Assembly (NCBI GenBank): GCA_964589775.1
Contig: CAZPUN010000008.1
Span: forward strand, 1-25,550
Length of the DNA stretch: 25,550 bases
Source of the DNA: an uncultured archaeon
GTDB taxonomy: Archaea > Asgardarchaeota > Thorarchaeia > Thorarchaeales > CAZPUN01
Reading direction: 5' to 3'
The notes under the pieces were generated by a model that saw nothing but the letters and a program-made list of their open reading frames with translations, did not search any database and was not told the origin of the DNA. A program made the translations under genes and the position numbers. Shown here in pieces: positions 8,764-17,726 of the stretch (position 1 is its first letter; every line of letters begins with the position of its first letter).

Positions 8764-10953
8764 TTGCCAAAGGATATTGAGATTGATGATGATATAATAG
8801 TCCGTGTTTCAAAGGACTTGGGCATACGAACGAGCCAAATAAAAAGCACAATCCGGCTTTTATTGAATGGAAATACTGTACCCTTTGTAGCGAGATATCG
8901 AAAAGAGGTCACCGGAAGCTTAGATGAAGAACAGATCCGAAATGTAAAGGCAATATACACAAAGTATGTCAATTTAGAGACTCGTAGAACACAAGTTATT
9001 GAATCAATTGAAGAACAAGGGAAAATGACGGAGGAACTACGGAAGGCATTATTAGAAGCAGAAACACTGCAAGAGATCGAAGACCTGTACTTGCCATATA
9101 AACCCAAGCGAAGAACACGAGCAACTATTGCGAAAGAAAAAGGACTTGAACCTTTGGCATTGAAAATGTTAGAATTACCTATAAAGGGCGATAAATTAGA
9201 AATTGCTTCAAAATTCATTAATCCTGAAAAGGGAGTCAATAATGTAGAAGAAGCACTTGATGGAGCTAAAGACATAATAGCTGAAATGGTTTCTGAAAAT
9301 GCGGAATATCGAAAATTTGTTCGAAGTACATATATGGATGATGGTGTCATAACTACAAAAGCAACTGACAATGCTGCTGAAACAGTCTATGATATGTATT
9401 ATGATTTTGAAATTGATGTTCGGAAAATTAAACCACATCAAATATTGGCGATAAATCGTGGAGAAAAGGAAGGAGTATTAAAAGTAGCTATCGATGTAGA
9501 TCACGACTGGATCATTATGAAATTACAAAAAGACATATTGAAGAATCCAAGAACGATCTTTGTAAATGAAATAAAAGACGCCACGAAAGATGGATACAAG
9601 CGATTGTTAGCACCTTCTATTGAACGAGAAGTGAGAAGTTATCTCACAGAAATTGCAGAATCTCATGCGATAAAAGTATTCGCCGAGAATTTGAAAAACC
9701 TATTATTGCAGCCACCTATCCGAAATGTAACTGTTATGGGCATAGACCCAGGCTTCAGAACAGGTTGTAAAGTCGCTGTTGTCGATCCTACTGGAAAATT
9801 ATTAGATACTGCTACAATTTATCCACACCCCCCTCATAACAAAGATATGGAAAGCATCTACATTCTGGAGGAATTAATAAAAAAGCATAAGGTTGATGTA
9901 ATTGCAATCGGAAATGGAACAGCATCTAGAGAAACAGAAGCTCTTGTATCCCAAATTACAAAAGAACGAGAAGATGTAAAATATCTGATTGTGAGTGAAG
10001 CCGGGGCATCGGTATATTCCGCATCAAAAATTGCTAGAGAAGAATTTCCAGACTTGGACGTTAGCATGAGAGGTGCAATTTCAATAGCTCGAAGAGTTTT
10101 GGACCCACTTGCTGAACTTGTAAAAATCGATCCAAAATCAATTGGTGTCGGATTGTATCAACATGATGTTGATCAGACAAAATTAAAAGAAACTCTAGAT
10201 GCAGTGGTCGAAGACTGTGTAAACTTAGTAGGCGTGAATTTGAATACGGCAAGCTGGGCCTTATTGAGATACGTAAGTGGAATTGGCCCGTCCGTAGCTA
10301 AAAATATAGAAAAATACCGGAGTGAAAATGGAAAATTCACAAATAGAAAACAGCTATTGAAAGTTAAAGGCTTAGGTAAAAATACTTTTACTCAGGCTGC
10401 GGGATTCTTAAGAATTCCAGATGGCGATAACCCATTGGATAATACACCGGTTCATCCGGAATCCTATAAAATCGCTGAAAAAATTCTATCAAAAATCGGA
10501 TATAAAAAAGAAGATTTACGGGATAAAGAAAAGCTAAACAAAATTCGAGCAAAATTAGCAAAGCTTAACCCACAACAAATCGCAAAAGAGTTAGATGCAG
10601 GAGAACCAACCGTCAAAGACATTATTGATGCCCTTCAAAAACCGGGAAGAGATCCGCGAGATGAACTACCAAAACCAATTTTGCGACAAGATGTACTGAA
10701 GATAGAAGATTTGAAACCGGGAATGCGACTTAAGGGTGTCGTTCGAAATGTTGTTGATTTTGGAGCGTTTGTGGATATTGGTGTAAAGCACGATGGCTTA
10801 GTACACATCTCAGAAATGAAAGATGGATATGTACGTGATCCTCAAAAGATCGTTTCAGTCGGTGATGTAATTACAGTTGAAGTGATCGATGTTGATGTAA
10901 AAAGAGAGAGAATAGCACTCAGTATGAAAAGAGTAAAGGAAGAAGAACTCTAA
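8764..10953 (+). CDS. tex: Tex family RNA-binding transcriptional accessory protein (YqgF, HhH and S1 domains)
   Basis: GNTVPFVARYRKEVTG, EDLYLPYKPKRRTRA, GIDPGFRTGCK, VSEAGASVYSAS, DPKSIGVGLYQHDV and the C-terminal S1 motif FGAFVDIGVKHDGLVHISE. Confidence 0.97.
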   Translation: MPKDIEIDDDIIVRVSKDLGIRTSQIKSTIRLLLNGNTVPFVARYRKEVTGSLDEEQIRNVKAIYTKYVNLETRRTQVIESIEEQGKMTEELRKALLEAETLQEIEDLYLPYKPKRRTRATIAKEKGLEPLALKMLELPIKGDKLEIASKFINPEKGVNNVEEALDGAKDIIAEMVSENAEYRKFVRSTYMDDGVITTKATDNAAETVYDMYYDFEIDVRKIKPHQILAINRGEKEGVLKVAIDVDHDWIIMKLQKDILKNPRTIFVNEIKDATKDGYKRLLAPSIEREVRSYLTEIAESHAIKVFAENLKNLLLQPPIRNVTVMGIDPGFRTGCKVAVVDPTGKLLDTATIYPHPPHNKDMESIYILEELIKKHKVDVIAIGNGTASRETEALVSQITKEREDVKYLIVSEAGASVYSASKIAREEFPDLDVSMRGAISIARRVLDPLAELVKIDPKSIGVGLYQHDVDQTKLKETLDAVVEDCVNLVGVNLNTASWALLRYVSGIGPSVAKNIEKYRSENGKFTNRKQLLKVKGLGKNTFTQAAGFLRIPDGDNPLDNTPVHPESYKIAEKILSKIGYKKEDLRDKEKLNKIRAKLAKLNPQQIAKELDAGEPTVKDIIDALQKPGRDPRDELPKPILRQDVLKIEDLKPGMRLKGVVRNVVDFGAFVDIGVKHDGLVHISEMKDGYVRDPQKIVSVGDVITVEVIDVDVKRERIALSMKRVKEEEL

Positions 10954-11342
10954 TTTTTCGCTTTTTCTCTCTTCAATTTCCAATCTTCATAGATTTTATC
11001 AAAGTTCTCAATTACTCGCTTTTTCGCTTCTTCATAATCCTGAGTGTGTGTTAGAAATGGCACCTTAGGTGTCTTTCGCTTAACACCTACGAAATTTGGA
11101 CCAAAGATATATCCTGCAAAAACATCCACGTCCTTTAGAAACTCGGTTACATATTTCAATTTCTGAGGATCACCATGACGCTCTTCCTCATATTCAATTG
11201 TGTTCTTACGGTCTTCAACAAATTCGACGGTCCCATCTTCATAAACCCAGCAAATTCTGTAGAAATCAGAATCGCCGAAATGTTCGCGAGTTAATGTCTT
11301 ATCGTCTTTCATTCCGAATGCTACAAGCAATTTACGTACCAC
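10950..11342 (-). CDS. NifB/NifX family (dinitrogenase Fe-Mo cofactor-binding domain) protein
   Basis: EHFGDSDFY...VEDRKN...HG...LKDVDVF...FGPN pattern. CAGGAGGT RBS favours GTG 11342 (alternative ATG 11348). The stop codon overlaps the tex stop. Confidence 0.8.
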   Translation of the reverse strand: MVRKLLVAFGMKDDKTLTREHFGDSDFYRICWVYEDGTVEFVEDRKNTIEYEEERHGDPQKLKYVTEFLKDVDVFAGYIFGPNFVGVKRKTPKVPFLTHTQDYEEAKKRVIENFDKIYEDWKLKREKAKN

Positions 11343-11406
11343 ATGCATACCTCCTGAAGAATACTTGAATGTTAAATTAGGTATGCTTAAAAATCTTTTT
11401 TTAAAA

Positions 11407-11763
11407 CTATATAGAGTTTTTTAGTTTGATTCCCAAGGATGCTAATATACCTGCAAATATACCTAATACGATTCCTTCGAGTATACCTGCAGCAATACCC
11501 AATATAATATCTGGAGAAATACCGAGATCCAATATTACTGCAATTATTCCACCAATTGTAAACATAATCAAATAGACAGCAAATACATTAATTACTACCA
11601 CACGAGCCTCAGAATTGTTAGATATGAATCCACATATGAATGCAAACAAAAACATTATAGAAATTGCAATAAATCTGTGATAGAAGAGCAAGATAGCCAT
11701 TAAAACTATTCCGGACAACGATATAATAACACATCGCACATCAAATTGATACATAAATATCAC
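11407..11763 (-). CDS. Small 4-TM membrane protein, function unknown
   Basis: Four hydrophobic segments and a Gly-rich last helix (GIAAGILEGIVLGIFAGILASLG). Start uncertain. Confidence 0.65.
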   Translation of the reverse strand: MIFMYQFDVRCVIISLSGIVLMAILLFYHRFIAISIMFLFAFICGFISNNSEARVVVINVFAVYLIMFTIGGIIAVILDLGISPDIILGIAAGILEGIVLGIFAGILASLGIKLKNSI

Positions 11764-11847
11764 ATTTTCGTGTTTTTGACTTTCAAGCCAAGTTTATATA
11801 CAATTCAATATATAACAGTAATGACAAGGTTCAATAGAGGTATATAT

Positions 11848-12852
11848 TTGCGCAAGATAAAAGAATCAGACATCCATGAAAATTTCAATATTTGGATTTC
11901 AGATTTGAAGACTTTAGTGAAAATTGTATACAAGATCGAAGGTGAATTCGAATTAGCACCTGTAGAACGCTATGTTCGAAAACCCGACCACGCATTATAT
12001 GGTATTAACAAAAAAGATCCATACGTTATCTTTATCGATTATACTTTAGTCGTTGAAAAACACGATATATTAAAAATGGGAACATATCGCGCTATTGGAA
12101 GAGAAGACCTTGGAAAACTTCTGCCGAACGACAAAATTCTAGAAGTTAATAAGAGAGCAAAAGGGCTCATCGTAACCCTATTTCTTCCTGCAAAAATACT
12201 CATGGATTTAGCAAATCTGATTGGTGTAGACATAATTAGCCTTCAAAATGGACTAAAAGTTGATGATATTTCCAATTCAGGTGCAGTTCTTACTATCGCT
12301 GGAATAATGTATCGAATATTACATACAAACGAAGAATGGGAAAGCATTGTAGAACTATTTCGAGAAAGATGGATTAGTCTTAAACAACAAGAAGATAGGA
12401 GTGTTCTAATGATCACTCCAATTTTAATTGGTCACTATATTAGAACAAAAACAATTGGAAAAAAACAGATGAAAAGGTTAATAGCAATTAAAAATAATAT
12501 AATAGGTGTGATGGACATGCAAATGAGTGAAGTGGAATATTTAATTACTGAGATCATTCGAACTTACTCAAATGATGAAGAAAGAGAAATGATGATACAG
12601 AGAATTTTGAGAGGGCTTACTCCCGAGCAAAAACAAATTGTACTTGCTGCATTAGAAGGTCTCAGTCCAGAACAGCAACAAATTGTACTTGCTGCATTAA
12701 AAGGTCTCAGTCCAGAACAGCAACAAATTGTACTCGCAACAATCAGTCAATTATCACCAGAACAGAACAAAATACTAATGATGTTAATAAACCTCATGAT
12801 AAAAGAGCCGGAAAAATTCAAAGAGTTAGAGAAACTATTTTCACAAAAATAA
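11848..12852 (+). CDS. Rpn-like (degenerate PD-(D/E)xK) protein with C-terminal GLSPEQ tandem repeats
   Basis: RKPD-HALY...VIFIDYT...HDILKMGTY...LIVTLFL resembles the Rpn/YhgA-like core, and LSPEQ repeats are typical of Rpn-like C-termini. GAGGT RBS precedes TTG 11848; the ORF track starts at 11746. Confidence 0.55.
   Translation: MRKIKESDIHENFNIWISDLKTLVKIVYKIEGEFELAPVERYVRKPDHALYGINKKDPYVIFIDYTLVVEKHDILKMGTYRAIGREDLGKLLPNDKILEVNKRAKGLIVTLFLPAKILMDLANLIGVDIISLQNGLKVDDISNSGAVLTIAGIMYRILHTNEEWESIVELFRERWISLKQQEDRSVLMITPILIGHYIRTKTIGKKQMKRLIAIKNNIIGVMDMQMSEVEYLITEIIRTYSNDEEREMMIQRILRGLTPEQKQIVLAALEGLSPEQQQIVLAALKGLSPEQQQIVLATISQLSPEQNKILMMLINLMIKEPEKFKELEKLFSQK
12613..12775 (+). repeat. 45-bp (15-aa) coding tandem repeat, about 3.5 copies
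   Basis: AACAAATTGTACT recurs at 12632, 12677 and 12722. The first two 45-mers differ by one base. Encodes GL(T/S)PEQ(K/Q)QIVLAAL(E/K). Confidence 0.95.
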
Positions 12853-12869
12853 AAAAGAAAGAGTATTTT

Positions 12870-14414
12870 TTAGTCACCAAGTTTTTCATTTACGATTTTC
12901 ATAACTTCGTCCTTTAGAGCTTTGCCTTTTTCCATAAGGTCATTCAATTCTTCGCGAACCTTTTTAACAAACTCTTCATCTTCAATTGAAGTCAGGTTAA
13001 TTCGGACATTCAGTGCTGCCCCTTCCATTGCACCAAACGTAGAAATTGCAGCTACTCCAGCGTCAGTTATTGCGTTTACATTGCCATTCATCGCGGCGAT
13101 TTTCGCTTCTTGAAGCGCTTCATAGGAGAGCCGTACGGTATCCATAGGTACTTCAACAGCTTTCTTTAGGGCTTCTTGCATGGCTTTGTGGCGAGCTGCT
13201 TTTTCTTCCTCAGTTTTCTTTGGCATACGTCGAGCAGCCATATATTCATCAAACGCTTCGGAATCCTTGACAACAATGTCCATTAGTTTACCGCGATAAA
13301 GTTCGGTTTTCTTTCTTGTTTCGATCATCAATTCATTTACTGCAGCATATTTTCTACGACCGATTGTAAGACCACAAACCATACTAGCTAATGCAGCTCC
13401 TAACGCGCCTAAGACCGCAGAAACAGAACCGCCACCAGGTGCGGGTGTATTCTTTGCCACTTCATCTGCAAATTCAACAAGACTTAGTTCTACCAAGGAT
13501 CGCTCTTCAGGACTTTGTCCAGTTACATATAAATCGAGAAGACTTCGACGACTAATTCCTGTTGATTGTAAATAAAATTCTGCAGTTTGAATAAGAGCAT
13601 CCAGCGGCATTAGACCTATCAACTCAGTCTCAGTAACAGTAACACCATAGCGAGCTGCTTCCATTTTTACCATTTCAAGCACACGATATATGGGCGTCTT
13701 CTTATAATTCAAGAGGTTCATAGATACTTGAGCAGTGTTTTTATCTTCGAGATATAGTCCAATTGCTTGAACATTTTTGAGCCCACCGGAACGTTCTCGA
13801 ACGGCTTTTGCAATTTTTCTTGCAATCTTCTTGTTGGGCGTATTAAGATTAGCATTAAATGCAATCAAGAAGAAACGTGCACCAGTTGCCGTAGCACCAG
13901 CTGTAGGATGAATCTTCTTTGGGCCATAATCCGGATCCTTCTCCGGTTTTACACCAATTGTCTCTCTTAGTCCTTCAAATTCACCCTCACGTATATTTCC
14001 TAAGATTCGGCGCTCAGGTCTAGTCGCAGATTCTGCGTATAGATATACAGGGATCTGATGCTTCTCTGAAAATTCTTTTGCAAATCGCTTTGATAGTTCA
14101 ATACACTCCCCCATTGTAACACCTTGTAGAGGAATAAATGGTACGACATCTACAGCACCCATTCGTGGATGTTCACCTTCGTGGTGATTTAGATCAATTA
14201 ACTCAACAGCTTTCTCGCCACCCGCTAATGCAGCCTTCAGTACAGCTTCGGGCTCCCCGATGAAAGTTACTACCATACGATTATGGCTCTCATCAGATTC
14301 CACATCTAGAACCTTTACACCTTCTACAGAAGAAATAGCATCAACAATAGCACGCATAACTTCAGGGCGTCTGCCCTCGGAAAAGTTCGGAACGCACTCT
14401 ACTAATTTCATCAT
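12870..14414 (-). CDS. ftcD: Bifunctional glutamate formimidoyltransferase / formimidoyl-THF cyclodeaminase
   Basis: KLVECVPNFSEGR, HNRMVVT, GEHPRMGAVDVVPFIP and HPTAGATATGAR (FT domain), plus TPAPGGGSVSA and ALNVRINL (CD domain). GAGGAG RBS before ATG 14414/14411. Confidence 0.97.
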   Translation of the reverse strand: MMKLVECVPNFSEGRRPEVMRAIVDAISSVEGVKVLDVESDESHNRMVVTFIGEPEAVLKAALAGGEKAVELIDLNHHEGEHPRMGAVDVVPFIPLQGVTMGECIELSKRFAKEFSEKHQIPVYLYAESATRPERRILGNIREGEFEGLRETIGVKPEKDPDYGPKKIHPTAGATATGARFFLIAFNANLNTPNKKIARKIAKAVRERSGGLKNVQAIGLYLEDKNTAQVSMNLLNYKKTPIYRVLEMVKMEAARYGVTVTETELIGLMPLDALIQTAEFYLQSTGISRRSLLDLYVTGQSPEERSLVELSLVEFADEVAKNTPAPGGGSVSAVLGALGAALASMVCGLTIGRRKYAAVNELMIETRKKTELYRGKLMDIVVKDSEAFDEYMAARRMPKKTEEEKAARHKAMQEALKKAVEVPMDTVRLSYEALQEAKIAAMNGNVNAITDAGVAAISTFGAMEGAALNVRINLTSIEDEEFVKKVREELNDLMEKGKALKDEVMKIVNEKLGD

Positions 14415-14954
14415 GGGTCTCCTCATAGAATATTTTGGAAATCGCCATGCCAAAGAAGTAAAGAAATAGTCATAAAGGTTTCCATTAATTACCTTGAAAA
14501 CCGATAACTCCCTATATTGAAATGCGAGTGCGCGAATGGGCTACTTTCGATAACCATTTACTCACCGTGCCCAGAGGTGATACAATAAGTTCTAATCCAC
14601 TTCATAAATAGAATCTGACATTATCCTCTTAGTAATAATATCCAATTCACATCTCTCTGATATCATAGAAGGTCTTAGTTACTCTGCTACTTTTACAACT
14701 AATGTGTCTCTCCTTATTTTGGAATAAAAAGTATATTATTTATCTATTTAATAATCATAGTCTGGAGATGTTAATTGCATAGCTTATAATACGTACAGCA
14801 TTCATACTCTATTCTGCCTTTCATAATTATATTATTTCACTATTTTAAAAATTTTTATATATTACAAAAATTTATTATTAATTTTTAATAAAATTGGAGA
14901 TAGGTTTATATGTGTGGATTGTACATGAATATGAGTAGATAGGTCAGGAAATGA

Positions 14955-15656
14955 GTGTGGTTTATATTGGGTTCAATATCTATGTTTAGTAACTTACCAA
15001 ATGAAATTAGTACACATTATAGTTCTACATATTTGATTATTTCTGTATTCGAATATCCCGAATCTGCCGCAAATGCTCGCAAGGGGCTAAACGAAACTAT
15101 ATCAATTACTAAGGAGTATAAACTATTATCTACACGTTTTAATAATATTTTAGTAATTAGCATACTAAAGGAAAAGAATGAATCTGTCGAATCATTAAAT
15201 CAATTGATTCAATCTATTGAGACCTATCTAAAAAATGCTGGTGCAAAACAAGTATTTATTGAAGAAAATAGGCGTAAGCCTGTACCTATATTGTTAATGA
15301 AATTTCTATCTTTTGCGAATTGGTATTTACTAAATAAATCAAAGTTTCAAAATAATGATATTCCGGAATTTAAAGAATTATTCCAGAAGCTAGATTCTAT
15401 TACTGACTATATTTTTGAAAATGAAGATTCAATCACGCTAAGCTTATTCCTTAAGAATCCCGAACTATCTGGATTCACAAACATTGTATTTATTCCAAAG
15501 GCAAACTTGCTTGAAGATGCAATTTCAGTAATTGCGAATTCTCTTGGTGTACAAGAAGAAATAATTTCCAGTTCGATCTATTCTTCTATCGAAGGCGTTA
15601 AGATTCTTTTATCCAAGGATGGTGTTGCTATTCTCTGGCATGCTGATGATGAATAG
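14955..15656 (+). CDS. Hypothetical protein (233 aa)
   Basis: Long ORF filling the space between ftcD and the hydrogenase gene, with normal composition. No family recognised. Confidence 0.65.
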   Translation: MWFILGSISMFSNLPNEISTHYSSTYLIISVFEYPESAANARKGLNETISITKEYKLLSTRFNNILVISILKEKNESVESLNQLIQSIETYLKNAGAKQVFIEENRRKPVPILLMKFLSFANWYLLNKSKFQNNDIPEFKELFQKLDSITDYIFENEDSITLSLFLKNPELSGFTNIVFIPKANLLEDAISVIANSLGVQEEIISSSIYSSIEGVKILLSKDGVAILWHADDE

Positions 15657-15806
15657 TATTGAAATCAAACATTTATTTTTATTTTATATCTTTTAAGAGG
15701 TTTAAGTATTCAAAAATAAACCATACATCAACCGCAACTTTAAAAGGTAATTAATTTCATATTTTATTCAGAAAGCGCGGGAAAATGACTAGGTGAGGTA
15801 ATTAAG

Positions 15807-16997
15807 TTGTCGAAAGCAACAATCCCTATAGGGCCTCAACATCCAGCACTTCATGAGCCCGAAAATTTCATGATTGAAGTTGATGGTGAGCGTATCGTAA
15901 AAGTAACCCCAAGAATTGGATATGTTCATCGTGGAATAGAAAAGCTTTCAGAATCTCGAACGTGGCTTCAAGTTGTTTACTTGGCTGAGCGCGTTTGCGG
16001 GATCTGTAGTCATTCTCATACTTCAGCATATGTTACAGGTGTTGAGGAATTATATGGGCTTGAAGTACCTGAACGTGGCTTATATATCCGAGCACTTGTA
16101 GCAGAATTAGAGCGTATTCACAGTCATCTGTTATGGATTGGTACTATGGGTCATGAGGCTGGTTGGCTAACATCTATGATGTATGTCTGGCGAGATCGTG
16201 AAGTCGTAATGGATATTTTAGAAGATATTAGTGGAAATCGAGTAAACTACGCTATGAATACTATTGGTGGAGTCAGACGCGACATTACTCCTGAGATGAA
16301 AGAAAAGATTCTCAAAGGTATGGATTATCTTGAGAAAAGAATCGAAAAGTATGAAGATTTCTTTATGAACGAAAAGACTTTTCTTGCCAGATTAATTAAT
16401 GTAGGAACTCTGCCAACTGGAATTGCTGCAAAGTTGAATTCATGTGGTCCGGTAGCTCGAGGCTGCGGTGTTGATTTCGATGTGCGTAGGGATAATCCGT
16501 ATGGCATCTATCCAGATTTAGACTTTAAAGTATGGGTTTCTAAATTCTGTGATCTTCGTGGAAGAGTTTGGGTCCGTATCAAAGAAGTTGGTGAGTCTAT
16601 ATATCTCGTAAAGCAAATTCTCGATAAGATGCCTGGTGGCGATATAAAAGTTAAGAGAGTAAAGCCCAAAGCTCCTGAAGGTCGAGTTATTAGTGTAGTT
16701 GAGGCGCCACGTGGTGAATTGGTACATACAATCATTAGTGATGGTGGTCGTGGTCCATATCGCCATAAGATACGTGCTCCAACTTATGCAAACTTACCCT
16801 CTATTGCCTATTCCCTTCAGGGTGGGCACATTGCGGATATTCCTGTAGTAATCGCTGGGATCGATCCCTGTTTCTCATGCTGTGATAGAATGACTATTAT
16901 TGACCGAAATAAGAACAAGACCTGGCATACTACACTTGCAGAATTAAGGCACATCAACATAAAAAGAGTAAAGAATGGGACATATGCAAATGAATAA
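15807..16997 (+). CDS. Group 4 (energy-converting, Mbh/Ech-like) [NiFe]-hydrogenase large subunit
   Basis: IGPQHPALHEP, GYVHRGIEK, L1 motif ERVCGIC (15987-16007), ELERIHSHL, EAPRGE, L2 motif DPCFSCCDR (16863-16889) and a ~35-aa C-terminal extension. AGGTGAGGT RBS before the TTG. Confidence 0.93.
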   Translation: MSKATIPIGPQHPALHEPENFMIEVDGERIVKVTPRIGYVHRGIEKLSESRTWLQVVYLAERVCGICSHSHTSAYVTGVEELYGLEVPERGLYIRALVAELERIHSHLLWIGTMGHEAGWLTSMMYVWRDREVVMDILEDISGNRVNYAMNTIGGVRRDITPEMKEKILKGMDYLEKRIEKYEDFFMNEKTFLARLINVGTLPTGIAAKLNSCGPVARGCGVDFDVRRDNPYGIYPDLDFKVWVSKFCDLRGRVWVRIKEVGESIYLVKQILDKMPGGDIKVKRVKPKAPEGRVISVVEAPRGELVHTIISDGGRGPYRHKIRAPTYANLPSIAYSLQGGHIADIPVVIAGIDPCFSCCDRMTIIDRNKNKTWHTTLAELRHINIKRVKNGTYANE

Positions 16998-17005
16998 TTG
17001 AGATA

Positions 17006-17707
17006 TTATGTCCCTTTTCTATTTTTCAAGTCTTCTAAAAGCATGTCGATTAATGTTTTGTAGTATTGTTCGTAGAAGCCATCTTCTGTTATATATACAA
17101 TGCGGTCTCTGACTTGTATGTAGTTGTTTACAAGAAGTCTAATTGCTTCTGGATAGATGAAATGTTCTCTTTTTAGATTTCGCTTAGTAAATTCATCACG
17201 TGTATCTTCTGGAAATACCGGTGTAAAGGCTTGCAGTATTACAGGACCATGATCTACATATTCATCTACGAAATGTACGGTTGCTCCGGAAACTTTAACT
17301 CCATAGTCTATCGCCTGTTGCTGTGCATCAACCCCGGGAAATGCAGGTAATATTGCCGGATGAATATTCAAGATTCGCATTGACCATTTTTTAACGAATT
17401 CTTTTGAGAGTAATCTCATATAGCCTGCGAGAATTACATAATCTATACTATAGTTTTCTAATAGTTCCATGCAAGCTCTGTCATAGTTTACTCTAGATGT
17501 TTCCTTATCATCAGTACGATATTTCTTTGGGCTTAGAAATACAGCGTCGATATCATGTTTTTTCGCGCGTTCAAGTGCATATGCATTTTTTTTGTTACTG
17601 AGTACAAGTTCAATAGATGCATTATCTATGTATCCTGAATTTATTTTATCGATTATTGATTGAAGGTTCGTTCCGCTTCCAGATGCGAATACTGCAAGCC
17701 GTTTCAC
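17006..17707 (-). CDS. purN: Phosphoribosylglycinamide formyltransferase (10-formyl-THF dependent)
   Basis: ASGSGTNLQ, LAGYMRLL, LNIHPAILPAFPG and GATVHFVDEYVDHGPVI motifs. Confidence 0.97.
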   Translation of the reverse strand: MKRLAVFASGSGTNLQSIIDKINSGYIDNASIELVLSNKKNAYALERAKKHDIDAVFLSPKKYRTDDKETSRVNYDRACMELLENYSIDYVILAGYMRLLSKEFVKKWSMRILNIHPAILPAFPGVDAQQQAIDYGVKVSGATVHFVDEYVDHGPVILQAFTPVFPEDTRDEFTKRNLKREHFIYPEAIRLLVNNYIQVRDRIVYITEDGFYEQYYKTLIDMLLEDLKNRKGT

Positions 17708-17726
17708 GTCTCATATCTCCTTAACT

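Noticed and set aside
10950-11348. NifB/NifX-like gene as evidence for nitrogen fixation
   Set aside because: The domain is widespread in non-diazotrophic archaea and no nifHDK genes are in the window.
12613-12775. 45-bp repeats as a possible CRISPR array
   Set aside because: The copies are head-to-tail without unique spacers, in frame within a CDS, and no cas genes are present.
14560-14700. Fragments resembling THF (AGCAGAGUA) and ZTP/pfl (GAAGUGGA, CUGGGCA) riboswitch consensus upstream of ftcD
   Set aside because: The remaining conserved elements and pairings of either family are missing, so the short matches are likely chance.
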